From Trueperaceae bacterium (GTDB lineage: Bacteria; Deinococcota; Deinococci; Deinococcales; Trueperaceae): DNA of 64,000 nucleotides. The translations under genes and the position numbers were made by a program. Each line of letters begins with the position of its first letter. Within the stretch, counting starts at the first letter, position 1. The notes under the pieces were generated by a model. It was not told where the DNA came from and did no database searches. It saw only the letters and a program-made list of their open reading frames with translations. Of the stretch, positions 61,847 to 64,000 are shown one piece after another. The stretch spans positions 2,688,001-2,752,000 of the forward strand of contig OZ243956.1 of the NCBI GenBank assembly GCA_965214405.1, written 5' to 3'.

Positions 61847-61887
61847 GCAACTTTGTTCAAGACTTCCAAAAAAAATCGTGTCACACT
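61847..61887 (+). promoter_or_regulatory. 17-bp activator box plus -10 (copy 6)
   Basis: GCAACTTTGTTCAAGAC-18 bp-CACACT. Confidence 0.72.
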
Positions 61888-61950
61888 GGTGAGCATTTGG
61901 ACGTACCTGTAGACGTTGTAGACATAGCTTAAGCAGAGGAGGCATTTTGT

Positions 61951-62088
61951 GTGAGAGGATCCACGATTAAAGACTTAACTACTGTGGACAGCTCGAGCAC
62001 AAAACGGTTTGTCACAGCGGTTGTCGCAGCCATTGTCACAGCGGTTACCACAGCGCGCGTCTCTGCTTTTTCCGCCGGGCTTTTGTGA
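61951..62088 (+). CDS. Possible 45-aa leader/small peptide
   Basis: GAGGAGG RBS; GTG start; [45 protein letters not shown]; stop overlaps the next start (GTGA). Confidence 0.35.
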   Translation: MRGSTIKDLTTVDSSSTKRFVTAVVAAIVTAVTTARVSAFSAGLL

Positions 62089-64000
62089 GAGGAGGCCGCT
62101 CGAGCCCCACTGCGGAACACGCGCGTCTCGCTGACTCCGAGGCGCGGCGGGCCGACTGGAAGGAATGGGGACCTTACTTAAGCGAACGCGCCTGGGGCAC
62201 GGTGCGCGAGGACTATAGCGAGGGGGGCGCGGCCTGGGAGGCCTTTCCCCACGACCACGCCCGCAGCCGCGCCTACCGCTGGAACGAGGACGGGCTGGGC
62301 GGGTTTTGCAACCGTTTCCAGAACCTCTGTCTGGCGGTCGCCCTCTGGAACGAGCGCGACCCCATCCTCAAAGAGCGCTTGTTCGGCCTCACCAACGCGG
62401 AGGGCAACCACGGCGAGGACGTGAAAGAGCATTACTTTTATCTTGAGGGCACCCCGACGCATTCCTACATGAAGATGCTCTACAAGTACCCGCAGGTGAC
62501 TTACCCGTACGCGAGGCTCGTGGAGGAGAACGGGCGGCGCGGGCGGGGGGAGCCGGAGTTTGAGCTTCACGACGCGCTTGGCGAGGCGTTCAAAGAGAAC
62601 CGCTACTTTGATGTATTTATCGAGTACGCCAAGGCGGACCAAGAGGACATTCTCTGCCGCGTTTCGGCTGTCAACCGCGGCCCCGAGCCCGCGCCGCTTC
62701 ACGTCCTGCCGCAGCTCTGGTACCGCAACACTTGGTCGTGGGAGGGGCGCGAACGCCCGGTGCTCGAGCTGGTTTCAAATAAAGCCCTTTCCGGCGGAGT
62801 TGCCTACAAAACCGTCCACACCGAAGACCGTCACGTGGGCGAACGCTGGTGGTACGTTGGGGGCGACGCACCCTTGCTTTTTACCGAGAACGAAACGAAC
62901 AACGAGCGGTTGTTTGGTGCGCCCAACGCTGCGCCCTTTGTCAAGGACGGGATTCACGAGGCGGTGGTGAACGGGCGTCTGGAGAGGGTGGGGCTCGAGC
63001 AGGGCAGTAAAGTCGCCGCTCATGTTCAGGGTGTCGTCAATCCGGGTGAGACGTTTACCGTTAGGGTACGTTTTTCCAACCGGTCCTTAGAGGAGCCTTT
63101 TGATGAATTTGACGGGCTTTTTGAGAGGCGTAAACGCGAGGCCGACGCCTTTTACGACGCTGTGCAGCCTCCTGGTTTAAGCGAAGACGAACGGCTGGTG
63201 CAGCGCCGGGCCTTTGCCGGGCTCTTGTGGAGCAAACAGTTCTACCACTACAGCCCCGAGCGCTGGCTCTCCGGCGACCCCGCGCAACCCAAACCCCCCG
63301 AGAGCCGCAAACGCGGGCGCAACCACGACTGGGCGCACCTTTACGCGCTCGACGTGCTATCCATGCCCGACACCTGGGAGTACCCCTGGTTCGCCGCCTG
63401 GGACCTGGCGTTTCACACGCTGCCGCTCGCGCTTGTCGACCCCGAGTGGGCCAAGCGCCAGCTCATCCTGCTCACCCGCGAGTGGTACATGCACCCCAAC
63501 GGCCAGCTCCCCGCCTACGAATGGGCCTTTGGCGACGTGAACCCCCCGGTTCACGCCTGGGCCGCGTGGCGCGTTTACAAAATCACGCGCAACGTGACCG
63601 GGGTGGCCGACAGCGAATTTTTAGAAGGGATATTCCACAAGCTCCTGCTCAATTTCACCTGGTGGGTCAACCGCAAGGACTTAGACGGGCGCAACGTTTT
63701 TCAAGGGGGCTTTTTGGGACTCGACAACATCGGCGTCTTTGACCGTAGCGCGCCGCTGCCGACGGGCGGGCACTTGGAGCAGGCCGACGGCACCGCCTGG
63801 ATGGGGATGTACTGCCTCAACATGCTGGCGATTGCTCTGGAGCTCGCCCGCACCAGACCCGCTTACGAGGACGTGGCGACGAAGTTTTTAGAGCATTTCA
63901 TCAGAATCGCCGACGCCATCAACGCGCGCTGCGCGCAGGGGGGGCTGTGGGACGAGGCGGACGGGTTTTACTACGACGTGCTCCACACGCCTGACGGAGA
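62085..64000 (+). CDS. GH63/MGH1-like glucosidase (3' end runs off window)
   Basis: [72 protein letters not shown]; open to the window end. Confidence 0.9.
   Translation, partial: MRGGRSSPTAEHARLADSEARRADWKEWGPYLSERAWGTVREDYSEGGAAWEAFPHDHARSRAYRWNEDGLGGFCNRFQNLCLAVALWNERDPILKERLFGLTNAEGNHGEDVKEHYFYLEGTPTHSYMKMLYKYPQVTYPYARLVEENGRRGRGEPEFELHDALGEAFKENRYFDVFIEYAKADQEDILCRVSAVNRGPEPAPLHVLPQLWYRNTWSWEGRERPVLELVSNKALSGGVAYKTVHTEDRHVGERWWYVGGDAPLLFTENETNNERLFGAPNAAPFVKDGIHEAVVNGRLERVGLEQGSKVAAHVQGVVNPGETFTVRVRFSNRSLEEPFDEFDGLFERRKREADAFYDAVQPPGLSEDERLVQRRAFAGLLWSKQFYHYSPERWLSGDPAQPKPPESRKRGRNHDWAHLYALDVLSMPDTWEYPWFAAWDLAFHTLPLALVDPEWAKRQLILLTREWYMHPNGQLPAYEWAFGDVNPPVHAWAAWRVYKITRNVTGVADSEFLEGIFHKLLLNFTWWVNRKDLDGRNVFQGGFLGLDNIGVFDRSAPLPTGGHLEQADGTAWMGMYCLNMLAIALELARTRPAYEDVATKFLEHFIRIADAINARCAQGGLWDEADGFYYDVLHTPDG

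Noticed and set aside
46248..61863. 17-bp repeats as a CRISPR array or REP elements
   Set aside because: Copies are kilobases apart, non-palindromic and at a fixed distance from -10 boxes; no cas genes.
62178..63742. Several short ORFs listed in the track at the window end
   Set aside because: All lie within the GH63 reading frame, which the track missed because it has no stop inside the window.

Overview
GC-rich bacterial chromosome segment, probably Deinococcota (Trueperaceae-like). This is an inference from the Thermus/Deinococcus-type nuo, ask and Crp proteins and from many leaderless TANNNT-N5-7-ATG starts. Contents in order: (1) The 5' half of the complex I operon (nuoA-H, minus strand), interrupted by three extra genes. 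(2) A complete ISKra4/ISLre2-type IS with a 9-bp target duplication, then tRNA-Ser(GGA) and rluD. (3) Two lysine-free secreted DUF4397 proteins, methylmalonyl-CoA mutase, an XRE-regulated membrane operon and a GH13 enzyme. (4) The best candidate for an undescribed system: a compact RiPP cluster at 24866-27494. It has a 51-aa precursor missed by the ORF track (lasso-type leader plus a GFFGSFSP tail), an HPr-kinase-like kinase, a radical SAM enzyme and a PqqD/RRE, but no lasso cyclase or peptidase. (5) Housekeeping genes (gatC, FNR, ask with an internal beta-subunit start, acyl-CoA dehydrogenases, rpmE, sufE, wecB and others). (6) An approximately 18-kb accessory island (46-64 kb) of secreted proteins, including beta-propellers, a spondin-domain protein, a vanadium haloperoxidase-like protein, an Ig-like protein, a di-heme peroxidase and cytochrome P460. 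Six promoters there share a 17-bp GCAA..TTCAAGAC box 18-19 bp upstream of a -10 hexamer, next to two AraC genes and one Crp gene. CTCGAG is strongly over-represented. No CRISPR array or rRNA was seen. All product calls come from motif recognition only; no database searches were run.
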